Assembly: GCF_000143415.4 (NCBI RefSeq)
Contig: NW_003314335.1
Span: 278,113 to 342,112 of the forward strand
From: Selaginella moellendorffii
Lineage: Eukaryota; Plantae; Lycopodiophyta
DNA: 64,000 nt
Direction: 5' to 3'
Both the position numbers and the translations under genes were made by a program. The notes under the pieces are model-generated. The model did no database searches, had not been told where the DNA came from, and saw only the letters and a list, made by a program, of their open reading frames with translations. Of the stretch, positions 62,647-64,000 are shown in pieces; positions within the stretch are counted from its first letter, which is position 1; each line of letters begins with the position of its first letter.

Positions 62647-63913
62647 TCATTCTCCTCTCTGGGAAATTTTCTTCAAAATCTTGGATCTCACGAACTCTTG
62701 CTGGTCCATGTCGAGCACGCCACCGGTACCCTCCTCCACCACGTAAAACACATCCTCCACTCGGCTATCCTGCGTCGAGATCTTCGCTCCTTGAACGCTA
62801 CAAAACAAGCAACGAGAGTTACGTAAGTTCCTTCCTGTCTGGCAAGAGAAATCAAAATAGAAGAGCACACATACCTGACGCCAGCTTCGTTGAGAGCCAG
62901 AATGATGTCCGCCAGGAGCATGTGTCGATCCGGCCCCTCGACTTTGATCTCGGTTTGCTTGCCGACGTTCTGGAAGTGAATGCCGACGCTCTCGGCTCCT
63001 CCCGAGTCCACCACCGCGTCGTGGATCCTGGCGCTCTCCTCTTCCAGCGAAGTTCCAATGCTCAGAGTCGGAGACACCGTCCCGGCATCCTGTTCTTCCA
63101 GGCAGCTCGAGCGAGAGTTCACGTCCACGTCCCACGGCGGTGCCACCGATTCATAGACACTGTCCGACAAGTCTGCTGCCGCTCCAACCACGTCAAACCT
63201 CGTCAAGGTTGCCGCCGGACTGGAGAAGTCATCGTCCAAGAGCTCGCAGTATGTCTTCCTCCTGAAAAAAAGAAAAAGCAACGGGGGTGGCAAGCGAAAG
63301 ACCTGCTAAGTGAGAAGATCGACGACAAATGGAAATGAGACACAAAGATTAAAAAGCTGGAAGAAACGTACCCGGCTCTAAAACTCTCCCACGAAAGGAT
63401 CTTCGAAACTTCGATGCCTCGACCGACCGGGAGCGTGGACGAGTCGACCCCCGGCTGCTGACGGACGTGCTTTATGTACTCGTTGGTGGCGTCGTCCAGC
63501 GCATTGTAAGCGACGATGATGGCCGCGTGCGTGAATCTCAGGCTGTCAAAGTAGTCGATGTAGTTCTCCGGCTCGCCAGTGAAGAGCACGAAGTCGAAGC
63601 CTTCCCGGTCCAAGACGAAGGAGCCGGGCTTGTCCGGGAAGAAGTCCACGTAGTCGCTGAGGCCGAGGTCCAGGACGTAGCGGGCGACGACGGCCTGCTT
63701 CTGGCGGTCGGTGTCCACGCACTCGAGGCAGCCACCGGTTGCTCGAGCGGCGGCGGCGAGGGCGATGGTGGAGAGGCCGCAGCCAATGTGGAGAATTCGG
63801 CGAGAGTTGCTCCCGGCGGCCAAGGCGGCTATAAACTCAGCACTTCCGGGTTCTAACACTCGTGGGCGGCTGGACGACCAGTTTGGGTGCTGCTTCTCTA
63901 GAATGATTTTCCG
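62647..63913 (-). CDS. DUF1442-like SAM-dependent methyltransferase-fold protein fused to a C-terminal GlnD/ACR-type ACT domain; 5' end lies beyond the window
   Basis: EPGSAEFIAALAAG...STIALAAAARATGG...DFVL...AYNA...LPVGRGIEV. Phase-2 introns 63262-63371 and 62798-62874 join it in frame to TEIKVEGPDRHMLLADIILAL...VQGAKISTQDSRVEDVFYV. Confidence 0.75.
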
Positions 63914-64000
63914 CTGCAAAGCCACACAAGGTGGAGGAGAGTTAGAAATCTATACCACCCATCCAGCAAGATCACGACGAAAAGATCGAGAACAAGGGAA

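Noticed and set aside
61832-63913. SET or DUF1442 methyltransferases as tailoring enzymes of the terpene cluster
   Set aside because: They are ~39 kb away, beyond a TE nest, an assembly gap and housekeeping genes; there is no evidence of linkage.

Overview
Eukaryotic land-plant genomic DNA. The very short GT-AG introns (~50-65 nt), dense genes and Tcn1-like chromovirus suggest the lycophyte Selaginella; this is inference. Layout: (1) AT-rich island with a hidden secreted PLAT/ATS3-like gene (1-3.3 kb). (2) WD40, tRNA-Leu, PP2C and tRNA-Trp (4-9 kb). (3) Decayed genes: WAK-like kinase, Tubby-like, AUGMIN3, PPR (9-15 kb). (4) A compact candidate terpenoid biosynthetic gene cluster, CYP <- class I tri-domain terpene synthase <- -> CYP (15.0-23.2 kb). 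The TPS and second CYP share a 553-bp divergent promoter, and the assembled TPS shows one frameshift in exon 3. (5) More decayed genes (F-box fragment, IMP3, NSUN-type methyltransferase) cut by a hAT element. (6) A TE nest: a self-priming, -1-frameshifting chromovirus, a non-coding LARD-like LTR element and its heavily C>T/G>A-mutated solo LTR (27-48 kb). (7) A second AT-rich island with a second PLAT gene and old LTR relics (43-56 kb). (8) A PPR fragment, an assembly gap, PARP2, plastid RRF, a minimal intronless SET gene and a DUF1442-like methyltransferase fused to a GlnD/ACR-type ACT domain. All exon structures, alignments and counts were done by hand; no database searches were run.
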